Part shown: piece by piece, positions 1 to 8,344 of the stretch
How the letters are laid out: every line of letters starts with the position of its first letter
Position numbering within the stretch: position 1 is the stretch's first letter
Assembly (NCBI GenBank): GCA_014297435.1
Contig: JACOQA010000002.1
Span: 1-64,000, forward strand
Direction of reading: 5' to 3'
DNA length: 64,000 nucleotides
Source of the DNA: Candidatus Nanohaloarchaea archaeon
GTDB taxonomy: Archaea > Nanohalarchaeota > Nanosalinia > Nanosalinales > Nanosalinaceae
Program-made: the position numbers and the translations under genes
Notes under the pieces: generated by a model
Database searches by the model: none
What the model was told of the DNA's origin: nothing
The model's input: the letters and a program-made list of their open reading frames with translations, nothing else

Positions 1-297
1 GACTGGGTGATGGTGCCGAACATCTACGGCATGAGCCAGTACGCCTACGAAAACATGATGACCAAACCCTACATCTCATCCTCAAACTACATCAACAAAA
101 TGAGCCACTACGAAGGCGGAGACTGGGAAAACCACTGGGATGGTCTCTACTGGAGCTTCATCAAGAAACACGAGGAGAAAATCTCCGGTATTCAGAGGAT
201 GAGATTCATGACCTCCACGCTAGAGAGGATGAACAAAGAGACAGTAGAAGAGCATCTAGAGAATGCAGAAGAATTCAAAGAAAAATTACGGCAGTAA
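1..297 (+). CDS. Cryptochrome/photolyase family protein (prokaryotic (6-4) photolyase-like), C-terminal part; truncated by window start
   Basis: Frame open from base 1: DWVMVPNIYGMSQYA...TKPYISSSNYINKMS...LYWSF...RM, typical of the photolyase-related (FeS-BCP/CryPro) C-terminus. Confidence 0.85.
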   Translation, partial: DWVMVPNIYGMSQYAYENMMTKPYISSSNYINKMSHYEGGDWENHWDGLYWSFIKKHEEKISGIQRMRFMTSTLERMNKETVEEHLENAEEFKEKLRQ

Positions 298-318
298 GAT
301 ATAATTTCTACTTCAGAA

Positions 319-1059
319 TTATTCTTCTTCCCATTTTTTTACTATATTATCAGCCAACTTCTCAGAATATCTATGACTTTTTCCTTTTCTTACTTCTCTG
401 GCTATTTCTCTAGCCTTTTGAGCACTGCTCTCAGACCATCCTTCTTTTTTCAGCCAGCTCCAGATTTCGTCCGGAGTCCAATCATAGCCATTCTCATCAA
501 GACGATGGAATCCATCCTTTAACCTATCTATATCCATCGAATGCAACATACTCGAGTTGCAAGTCAAATCAAAACTCTCCAACGCATTTTCAACTACAGA
601 ATTCAATGATGTCTCGTTTGAGATGTCTTTTCCAGGACCTGCTGTTTCAGCTTCATTTGCCTTAATCCATGGTCGAATTTCATCCATTCTATCTGAAACC
701 ACACAAACAGCTGATGCAGTATCCAAATCCTCATCAACCTTCTCTAATAGGTCTCTACCAGCATATAAAGTTAAAACCGGACCTGAAGTGTATCTGAAAT
801 TATTTCTTTCAGTAAAAAGCTTCAACTGAGCTCCGCTCCTACTAAGTTCGACACCTTCACCTTTCTTTAATCCTTTAACAGGATTTTTACCTAGAACATT
901 CTCTATTGTTCCCTCTAAATTACTTTTAACTGGAACAGCGATAACTGCTTCATCAAAATCTTCTGACTTCTGATTTAACCACAATAAACCTGCAGTTACC
1001 GCATCCTCATCAACCTGATCTACATCCATGTAGAAGTTTTCTCTACTCTCAGAACCCAT
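319..1059 (-). CDS. Hypothetical protein; C-terminal helical domain resembling DUF1889/YoaC
   Basis: 246-aa acidic ORF; VVENALE...HSMDIDRLK...F..L...G...EI...KEGW resembles YoaC by recollection only. Confidence 0.6.
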   Translation of the reverse strand: MGSESRENFYMDVDQVDEDAVTAGLLWLNQKSEDFDEAVIAVPVKSNLEGTIENVLGKNPVKGLKKGEGVELSRSGAQLKLFTERNNFRYTSGPVLTLYAGRDLLEKVDEDLDTASAVCVVSDRMDEIRPWIKANEAETAGPGKDISNETSLNSVVENALESFDLTCNSSMLHSMDIDRLKDGFHRLDENGYDWTPDEIWSWLKKEGWSESSAQKAREIAREVRKGKSHRYSEKLADNIVKKWEEE

Positions 1060-1191
1060 ATCTAATCCTTACAGAAAAATTCTATTATATTTTGTCCAGA
1101 CAGACCAGAAAAACCAGGAAAATTCCCTTCTCTACTTCTATTGTACTGTTCGTTTAATTATTCAATAAAACCCTCCTTGGAAAGTCATCAA

Positions 1192-1199
1192 CTTTATAA
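1192..1199 (+). promoter_or_regulatory. Putative TATA box of the HerA-like ATPase gene (leaderless)
   Basis: CTTTATAA about 25-30 nt upstream of ATG 1223. Confidence 0.5.
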
Positions 1200-1222
1200 C
1201 AAATTTGGTACAAGATTTATTT

Positions 1223-2731
1223 ATGTCAGAACAAACTATTAGACCGGCTAAAGAGGAAATAGATTTCCCAGTTGTTGAACTTTTGACAGGAAGAGGGTTT
1301 ATTACAGGTAAGTCTGGATCAGGTAAGTCGAACACTACCGGAGTTATCCTTGAGCAGTTACTGGAACAGAACTTTCCTTTCTTGATTGTAGATACAGAAG
1401 GAGAGTACTATGGTCTGAAGGAAGAATACGAGATACTGCATGTGGGCGCTGATGAGAGCTGCGATGTTAGAATTGGAAAAGAGCATACTGGAAAAATCAT
1501 AGATTTAGCTCTAGAGAAGAACCTGCCGATAGTTCTGGATGTTTCCGGCTACCTCAGTGACGATGATGCGAAAGATATAGTAGGAAGTGTGGTGAAAGGT
1601 CTCTTCGACAAGGAAAAGAAGATGAAGAAACCATTCCTTCTCGTAATCGAAGAGTGCCACGAATATATTCCTGAACAGATGAAGCTCGATGACTGTGGCC
1701 AGGCAATAATCAAAGTAGCCAAGAGAGGAAGAAAGAGAGGTCTCGGAGTACTAGGCATATCTCAAAGACCTGCAGATGTAAAGAAGGATTTCATTACGCA
1801 AGCCAACTATAAGATCTGGCATAACTTAGATTGGGATACGGACTTGAATGTTGTAAGAAGAGTTATAGGGAAAGACTCTGTAGACACAGTAAAGGAGCTA
1901 GAGACGGGAGAGGTCTTGATAGACGCAGACTTCCTAGATGGTTTACAGAAGGTTAGTTTCAAGGAGAGAGAAACTTTCCATGCCGGTCAGACCCCAGACC
2001 TTTCTGATTTTGAAACACCTGATCTAAAGAGTGTTTCAAGCGACCTAGTTGATGAACTGCAGCAGATAACAAAGGAAAAAGAAGAAGAAAAAGACAGGAT
2101 TTCTGAACTAGAAGAAGAATTGGAGAAGAAGAATAAGGAGATTGAGAACCTGGAAGAGAGAATTAACGATCTTAAGGATCATAACAGCTTCGCGGAGAGA
2201 TTTGTCTCAGCTATAGAACATGAAGTTGGAGATGAGGAGAGAGAGGAAATAACCCAAGAGATTGAGAACGCGAAGAGAACTTCTCTGAACCAGGAAGTAC
2301 TCGAGAAACTGGATCAGATATTGGAAAAAATCTCTAGCCCGGAGCAAAGAGCTGTAGAGCAAGAACAGAGAGAAACGGAAAAAAAGGAAGAGAATATGGC
2401 AGAGCAGAACATATTAGATAATGAAGAATTCGTTGAGGAATTAAGCCGGATTGCTTCTTCATCCAACGCCTCAAAGAAGGCCTTGATATCCACAGCCAGC
2501 TATCTTGAGAATAATAAAGGCACACAGAAGGAAATAGCTAATTTTTCAGGATATTCTGATACTACAGCAGTTTCAAAAGCGGTCAAGAGCCTGAGGGATG
2601 CAGGACTGATTGAAAAAGTAGGCAACAGGAATCGGAAAGGAGTTTATGCCCTAGCAGATGATGCTATTACAGAAATAGACTCAAGGGTTAAAAGTCGTGA
2701 AAGAGCTAAAAAGCTACAGGATAGAGTCTAA
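1223..2731 (+). CDS. HerA/FtsK-superfamily (DUF87) ATPase with coiled coil and C-terminal winged HTH
   Basis: Walker A GKSGSGKS, DTEGEY, Walker B LLVIEECH, KRGRKRG, SQRPA; heptad E/K coiled coil; C-terminal QKEIANFSGYSDTTAVSKAVKSLRDAGLIE wHTH. Confidence 0.85.
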   Translation: MSEQTIRPAKEEIDFPVVELLTGRGFITGKSGSGKSNTTGVILEQLLEQNFPFLIVDTEGEYYGLKEEYEILHVGADESCDVRIGKEHTGKIIDLALEKNLPIVLDVSGYLSDDDAKDIVGSVVKGLFDKEKKMKKPFLLVIEECHEYIPEQMKLDDCGQAIIKVAKRGRKRGLGVLGISQRPADVKKDFITQANYKIWHNLDWDTDLNVVRRVIGKDSVDTVKELETGEVLIDADFLDGLQKVSFKERETFHAGQTPDLSDFETPDLKSVSSDLVDELQQITKEKEEEKDRISELEEELEKKNKEIENLEERINDLKDHNSFAERFVSAIEHEVGDEEREEITQEIENAKRTSLNQEVLEKLDQILEKISSPEQRAVEQEQRETEKKEENMAEQNILDNEEFVEELSRIASSSNASKKALISTASYLENNKGTQKEIANFSGYSDTTAVSKAVKSLRDAGLIEKVGNRNRKGVYALADDAITEIDSRVKSRERAKKLQDRV

Positions 2732-2946
2732 TCAATTTTAATTTTTACCTAGATGTAAATGTTGAATCGTTAAAAACAAATGCAACACGATTTCTAAAAA
2801 TCCGTTAGAGGCTTTCTGTGCTTGCTTTTTGTCTTCTAATCTGATTCTGATATCAAAGATAGTTTTTTGAAGTACAGGATAGGAAGGATTTAAAAGATTC
2901 GAGGGTCTTAAATTGAACAACCTCTAGGGAGGAGGGTGAGAAAAAC

Positions 2947-3348
2947 ATGACGCAAGAAGACGAAGATCAAGACCCGCTTGAACGACTACTGTTGGACAAG
3001 AATTCCATAAACCGAGAGAAGCTTACTGAGGCACTGGAAGATCGTATTGGTATAGATCAAGATTCAGCCGATCCAGTTTACAGAGCAGGATGGCAGAATC
3101 TTTCTAACAAAAAGAAAACTACATACTTTCTTCTCTACCGAAAGGCAGTTGTTGCCCTAGGCATGGAGAAAGAAGAGAACGAGGGAATGTCTTCCCGGGA
3201 AATATCAGACGAAACTGGAGTAAACTATGATACCCTCCGAAGTATTCTCTCTCGAGCCGAATACATAGAAAAGGACGAAGAAAAAGGAGGATACATCATA
3301 CCTGGACACTCTCTAGATAGAGCAATAGAGGTGGTCGAAGATGAGTGA
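2947..3348 (+). CDS. Winged-helix HTH protein
   Basis: SD GGAGGGTGA; MSSREISDETGVNYDTLRSILSR...EKGGY wHTH pattern. Confidence 0.7.
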   Translation: MTQEDEDQDPLERLLLDKNSINREKLTEALEDRIGIDQDSADPVYRAGWQNLSNKKKTTYFLLYRKAVVALGMEKEENEGMSSREISDETGVNYDTLRSILSRAEYIEKDEEKGGYIIPGHSLDRAIEVVEDE

Positions 3349-3745
3349 TCAAAAAATCCGAAAGATAGAGAAGCGCCTCAATCAACACGAAGAAAGAATT
3401 CAGGAACTCGAGGAGAAAGTTGAAGATTCCGTGTCCCTAGACATGGAACTCAGTATGCCAGAGTTTGTAAATAACGAATGCGAGGCTTCAACACACAAGG
3501 AAAGAGTAATTTCCATCTCTTACTATCTGAAGGCGTACGAGAACCAAGACAGCTTTACAAAGAAAGATCTTGAACAGGCCTACCAGAGATGCGGTGAGAG
3601 CAGCACCAACTTTAGCGCCAGGGCATCAGAGGCAGTAAAAGATGGTTTGCTGAAGGTAGATGATAATGGGAGACCTCGACATTGGAGTCTTACAAAAACA
3701 GGAGCTGAAGAAGTAGAGACTATGCAAGGTGAGGACAATGAGTGA
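3341..3745 (+). CDS. Coiled-coil + winged-helix protein (paralog A)
   Basis: N-terminal heptads IRKIEKRLNQHEERIQELEEKV; YYLK.YEN...FT..DLE..Y and W.LTKTG.E.VE; overlaps upstream gene. Confidence 0.7.
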   Translation: MSDQKIRKIEKRLNQHEERIQELEEKVEDSVSLDMELSMPEFVNNECEASTHKERVISISYYLKAYENQDSFTKKDLEQAYQRCGESSTNFSARASEAVKDGLLKVDDNGRPRHWSLTKTGAEEVETMQGEDNE

Positions 3746-4145
3746 TGAAAGAATCGATGAGCTTGAGAACCGAGTGGAAGAACTTGAAGAGACCGTCTTC
3801 GAGACCGCTGGACCCCATACACATTCTTCCGGAAAGAAGCTTTCGGTCAGAGAATTCATGAATAACCACGATACCTCATCACATAGGAAGAAAGTCCTCG
3901 TGATAGGATACTACCTAGAAAAATACGAGAATTATCAGAACTTTACTTCCTCCGATCTAGAGGACTACTACAGGAAGGCGAAGGTTCAAGTTTCCTCAAA
4001 CACTTCTAAGTTCATTAATGATTGTGCTGAGAAAGGATGGATGATGGAAGGAGAAGAAAGGACAGAAGACAATGAGAAGACTTGGATTGTAACCCAAACT
4101 GGAGAAGAAAAAGTCGAAGGCGATTTCAAGGAAGGTGGAAACTAG
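3738..4145 (+). CDS. Coiled-coil + winged-helix protein (paralog B)
   Basis: SD GGTGAGG, ATG 3738; IDELENRVEELEE; YYLEKYENYQNFTSSDLEDYY and WIVTQTGEEKVE match the preceding ORF. Confidence 0.7.
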   Translation: MSDERIDELENRVEELEETVFETAGPHTHSSGKKLSVREFMNNHDTSSHRKKVLVIGYYLEKYENYQNFTSSDLEDYYRKAKVQVSSNTSKFINDCAEKGWMMEGEERTEDNEKTWIVTQTGEEKVEGDFKEGGN

Positions 4146-4942
4146 TGCTAACAAAAAGTGAAATTCTTTCCGAGGTCGAAGAAAGTGAGCTTGATCAAAA
4201 ACTCTTTGAAGAGCTACTTGAAGAGCATGATGGTATTCGGAAAGCCTTCAACAGAAAAGACTACGAGAAAACCTTACTGAAAACAGGCAAGTTCTGCGAG
4301 ACAACATATCAGTTGCTTCAGGAAATAAAAGACGGAGAACATAGTCAGCAACCAGATCGCACTGAGCTTACGGAGAAACTTGAGAACCTTCCAAGCAAGG
4401 ATTACCCAGAGAGCATCAGAATTCTCATTCCGCGGGTAGCAAACTCAATGTATGACTTTCGAAATAAGCGCGGCGGAGCCCATATATCCCCTATTAATCC
4501 GCAATACATAGATGCACATCTTATTGTCCAAGGATCCCGTTGGATAATCGCAGAGCTTCTCAGGGTTTACGGTGACGGAGATATTGAAGTAGAGACTCTC
4601 AGGTCACAGGTTCAGCACTTGGCAACCCGAAGCCTTCCACTTGTTGAGGAGTTTGAGGATGGGGATGTAATGGTCCTTGCAGAAACAGAATCTTGCAAAG
4701 AGGACATACTGATGATTCTGTATCATTTCTATCCTGACAGAGTTACCAATAATGAACTGGATGACATTATCTCCGGTGAATCTCGGAAAAATGTGCTAAC
4801 CAGTCTGAACCAACTCTACAAGAACAAGAACTATGTACACAGAAATGATTCAGGAGCTAAGCTAACTCAGAAAGGGCGTGAGCATGTAGAGAAAACATAT
4901 GGAGAGGAAACAAAAGAGGAACAAGTGGAGGGTGCACAATGA
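4145..4942 (+). CDS. HEPN/Abi-C-like helical domain + C-terminal wHTH (putative RNase effector)
   Basis: GTG start overlapping TAG (TAGTG) after GGTGG; GKFCE helix and YDFRNKRGGAH (Rx4-6H); C-terminal LTQKGREHVE wing. Confidence 0.6.
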   Translation: MLTKSEILSEVEESELDQKLFEELLEEHDGIRKAFNRKDYEKTLLKTGKFCETTYQLLQEIKDGEHSQQPDRTELTEKLENLPSKDYPESIRILIPRVANSMYDFRNKRGGAHISPINPQYIDAHLIVQGSRWIIAELLRVYGDGDIEVETLRSQVQHLATRSLPLVEEFEDGDVMVLAETESCKEDILMILYHFYPDRVTNNELDDIISGESRKNVLTSLNQLYKNKNYVHRNDSGAKLTQKGREHVEKTYGEETKEEQVEGAQ

Positions 4943-5457
4943 TTGGACAAGATGAACTAGAAAAGTTGGAAAAAACACAGGAAGAACTTCAGAACTCAGA
5001 TATAAAGGAGGAGTATATTCCAGAAATCTTAGGCAGTCTAGTAGAATCAGAACCAGAGATAAGCAAAATTTCGACATCAAATAATGTTCAAATCAAACAG
5101 AAGAACGAACCTATTAAGATAGAGTTAGAAGAGTCAATACTGGAAGCAGAAGAGGGTAAAGAAGCAGTCAATCATATCTTCGAAAATACAGAGGCTACCA
5201 AGAAGGCACTCACAAGCACCTTAATTCTAGTAGAGGACCAAGAAGAAGTTACAAGAGAAGACATAACAAAATTCTCAGATTACAGTGACGGTACTGAAAT
5301 TTCGAGGGCTTGCAGTGTTTTAGAGGACAGAGGCATACTGGAAATTGACTCTTCCGGAGAGGTAAACAAAATTAGTTCGACAGAGAATTGGATTCAAAAT
5401 CTAATAAAGCTACCTGAATTAAAGAAGAAACAGCAGGAAGTAATGGATTATCTATAA
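4939..5457 (+). CDS. Winged-helix protein resembling the C-terminal domain of the HerA-like ATPase
   Basis: ATKKALTST...TREDITKFSDYSDGTEISRACSVLEDRGILE versus ASKKALIST...TQKEIANFSGYSDTTAVSKAVKSLRDAGLIE; ATGA overlap. Confidence 0.7.
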   Translation: MIGQDELEKLEKTQEELQNSDIKEEYIPEILGSLVESEPEISKISTSNNVQIKQKNEPIKIELEESILEAEEGKEAVNHIFENTEATKKALTSTLILVEDQEEVTREDITKFSDYSDGTEISRACSVLEDRGILEIDSSGEVNKISSTENWIQNLIKLPELKKKQQEVMDYL

Positions 5458-5544
5458 CTCAGTATTATTGTAGTTGTAATCACTAGTGTTTTGGAGAAGA
5501 ACCAAAGACGAGTTCTGGGAAATTAAAGATACATCAGCTAGAAT

Positions 5545-6150
5545 TTAGACTATTTCAAATATGTCTTCCCCCTTTCTTCTCCAGTTTCTGTCCTCCCCCT
5601 TCGGATAACCGATTGGGAAGATGAAAATAGGTCTTTCAGTTTCCTTCAGATCTAGTTTCTCAGATAATTTCTCCTGATCAAAGCCTCTCACTGGGCAGGA
5701 GCCGATTCCCTGTGTTTTGCATGCGAGCATGAAGAATGTGGCGGGTATGACGGTGTTTCTGGTGAGCCAGCCTGTCATGAACTCGCTGTCTCTGTTCTTG
5801 TAGTCGGAGTACATTTTACGCAAGTTCTCTGCTTTCTCCTCGTCGATCCTGCCTTCCTCCAGCTTGTGTTCCAGTACCTGTTCGGCGTTCACATCTATAT
5901 CTTCATCTCCAACTAGTACTACTATCTTGTCGGCGTATCTTACCCAGCCGTTGACCGGTATTACGGAACTTGTAGCTTTCTCCATCGCCCCCTCGGAATC
6001 CAAGACTATGAACCTGTACGGCTGAAGGTTGAATGCGGTCGGCGCTTTGGTCGTCAGTTCGAAGATCTTCTCCAACTTCTCCCTCTCTACTTCTTCATCT
6101 TTGAACTTCTTGACCGATGACCAGTTCTCCATCGCGTCTTCCAGATCCAT
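5545..6150 (-). CDS. Nitroreductase family protein
   Basis: SVKKF, APTAFNLQPYRF, GIGSCPVRGFD, PIGYP motifs. Confidence 0.9.
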   Translation of the reverse strand: MDLEDAMENWSSVKKFKDEEVEREKLEKIFELTTKAPTAFNLQPYRFIVLDSEGAMEKATSSVIPVNGWVRYADKIVVLVGDEDIDVNAEQVLEHKLEEGRIDEEKAENLRKMYSDYKNRDSEFMTGWLTRNTVIPATFFMLACKTQGIGSCPVRGFDQEKLSEKLDLKETERPIFIFPIGYPKGEDRNWRRKGEDIFEIV

Positions 6151-6866
6151 TATTCCAAATCCTCCGGAGGGTATTCTTCAGGTTTTAAGTCGCCGTTTTC
6201 CACCAGTTCGTATCTCGAGCAGTACTTCTTGAGCTTAGTTTCTTCGCATGTCGGATTTCTGGCGGAGCAGTTGTTTTTCCCATGTTCGATTATCAGCATG
6301 TGGAAGCTGTTCTTGATATCATGCGGTACGGCCTCATTCAGCAGTTCATGTGCTTTTCCGTTGGAAGCTGAGAAAGGAATAAGTCTGAAACGTTTGGCGA
6401 TCCTTTCTACATGTGTATCGACCGGCATTACATCTGCGTCGAAGTGGAAGTTGAGTAAGACTGATGCGGTTTTTGGTCCGATTCCTTTGATCTCTTCAAG
6501 CCAGTCTTGCGCATCTGAATCCTCCATCTCACCAAGGAACTCTACCGAGTATTCTCCTGTTTCTTCTCTTAGTGCTTTCAATGTTCTCTGTATCCTCTGT
6601 GCTTTGGTCTGTGGCAGTCCTGCCGGATTAATCGAGTCGGCCAGTTCTTCGACTGATGCTTCCTCTATCTCTTCGTAGTCTTTGAAGTCGTTGAACAGGT
6701 TTTCAGCTGCTCTTGCTGTGTTTTCGTCTGCTACATTCTGTGATAGTATTGTGATTAGGAGTTGTCTGACTCCGTCTTTGTCGTCGTGCCAGTCTTGTTC
6801 TCCGTAAACCTCAAGCAGGTCTTGGTGAATGTTTCTGATTCTTTCCTCGGAGTTATCGAGTTTCAT
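6150..6866 (-). CDS. nth: Endonuclease III (HhH-GPD DNA glycosylase/AP lyase)
   Basis: LLITILSQN, HhH IKGIGPKTA with catalytic Lys, VDTHVER; ATG 6866 chosen as start. Confidence 0.9.
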   Translation of the reverse strand: MKLDNSEERIRNIHQDLLEVYGEQDWHDDKDGVRQLLITILSQNVADENTARAAENLFNDFKDYEEIEEASVEELADSINPAGLPQTKAQRIQRTLKALREETGEYSVEFLGEMEDSDAQDWLEEIKGIGPKTASVLLNFHFDADVMPVDTHVERIAKRFRLIPFSASNGKAHELLNEAVPHDIKNSFHMLIIEHGKNNCSARNPTCEETKLKKYCSRYELVENGDLKPEEYPPEDLE

Positions 6867-6980
6867 GGTTTTTTGTTTGCTGATTATTGGTTTATACTTT
6901 GGAATGAACTCAGACCGCACAGTAAATTGTTCACCGTGACGAGACGACACTAATTTAATAGTTTACGTAGAATCGGTTGT

Positions 6981-7499
6981 ATGGCTTACGAAATCCTTGA
7001 ATTCGACTATACAGAGCTGCACGAACTGGCTGAAGATGTAGATAACGAGGACTATTTCAGCCAAGAAGTCGAATTAAACGGTTTTGCCGAAATCCCGACG
7101 ACAGAAAATAAAAGAAACTATCTAAACCGGCTTTCCTACATCGACACATTTCTTGGATTTCTGGGTAAGAGCATGGACGGCAACTATGAAAGAAAAGCAT
7201 ACAACGAACGGACTAGAAAGCTTGGGAGAGAGGAAATAACTAAAGCCGGGGAAAAAGCTTTGCTGGAATTTGGAAGGGTCGTAGAATGGACAGAAAAACC
7301 TGTTGACGATGAAAAATGGGCCGATCACCTAAAGAAAACATATGAAGAACTCCTGAAGCCCGGCTTGGCAGAGACAATCCTCATGAACTCAGTATCAGAA
7401 GATAGAGAGCTTCAGGAGCTAGAAGAAAATACGTACGAAGACACGGAAAAAATGATTAAAAATATGGAAAAGATTGAAAGCGCGTTAAAAGAAATTTAA
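6981..7499 (+). CDS. Hypothetical protein
   Basis: 172-aa acidic ORF with TTTAATA about 25 nt upstream. Confidence 0.6.
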   Translation: MAYEILEFDYTELHELAEDVDNEDYFSQEVELNGFAEIPTTENKRNYLNRLSYIDTFLGFLGKSMDGNYERKAYNERTRKLGREEITKAGEKALLEFGRVVEWTEKPVDDEKWADHLKKTYEELLKPGLAETILMNSVSEDRELQELEENTYEDTEKMIKNMEKIESALKEI

Positions 7500-7503
7500 A
7501 TCC

Positions 7504-8283
7504 TTAGAATATTGATTTCTCTAGTTTATCAAGAAGTTCTTCCGGATTTTCCCTTTGAAACATGTTTCTGCCGACAGCTAGTCCGTTCCCACCAGCCTCG
7601 ATAACATTCTCTACATCCGATATGAACTCTTCATCCGAGCGCTTGCTTCCTCCACTCATAACGAATTTCATCTCACCCGTTACTGAGATAATGTCTTCTA
7701 CTGCTTCTCTCGAACCAGGGTACTTGCATTTGACCACGTCAGCGCCAAGCTCAAGTCCGAGCCTTGCGGCGTAAGCTATCAAATCCGGATCGTTCTGTCC
7801 TTCGTACTCACTATCGTTCTCTACCCCATGACCTCTAGGATATGCCCACATAACCACAGGAACTCCGTACCTTCTTGCTTCTTCCTGTACTTCTCTGAAT
7901 TCTTTCCACATCTCATCTTCATGATCTGAACCTGCATACATCGTGTAACCTACCGCTTCGGCACCAAGCTCCTCGACCGCGTACTTCACGGAGCACTGTT
8001 TCGGAGAGTAGTAGTCTTCACGTTGTCCAAGACTAGAGTTACCGTTAAGCTTTACCATGAGATTTACTTCATCTTCATACTCTGGGTAGTAAGTTTCTGC
8101 GACACCTTTCTGAACCGCCAGACATGTTACCGCATCATGCTTTGCGATTTCAAACACGTGTCTTGGGTCTTTGCTTTCAGGGTTTGGTTCAAAGTCTGAG
8201 GGTCCGTGTTCAAGACCGTGATCGTAAGCTAGGATTAACGAGTTTCCGTTCCGAAATATCGGAGAGTCTTGATCTGGCTTCAT
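7504..8283 (-). CDS. fba: Class I fructose-bisphosphate aldolase (archaeal DhnA type)
   Basis: LAYDHGLEHGP, VMWAYPRG, AARLGLELGADVVKCKY (Schiff-base Lys), SGG, AVGRNMFQ. Confidence 0.9.
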   Translation of the reverse strand: MKPDQDSPIFRNGNSLILAYDHGLEHGPSDFEPNPESKDPRHVFEIAKHDAVTCLAVQKGVAETYYPEYEDEVNLMVKLNGNSSLGQREDYYSPKQCSVKYAVEELGAEAVGYTMYAGSDHEDEMWKEFREVQEEARRYGVPVVMWAYPRGHGVENDSEYEGQNDPDLIAYAARLGLELGADVVKCKYPGSREAVEDIISVTGEMKFVMSGGSKRSDEEFISDVENVIEAGGNGLAVGRNMFQRENPEELLDKLEKSIF

Positions 8284-8344
8284 GTTAATGAGTTCTCTCC
8301 GGTCGTTTTTATCACCTAGCAAGGTCTTTACCGAGTTTTTATAA

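Noticed and set aside
4082-4144. Basic N-terminal extension of ORF 4082-4942
   Set aside because: Overlaps the upstream gene; SD plus TAGTG coupling supports GTG 4145
298-5544. Provirus or integrative element interpretation of the ATPase locus
   Set aside because: No integrase, tRNA, att-like direct repeat, capsid or replication gene seen
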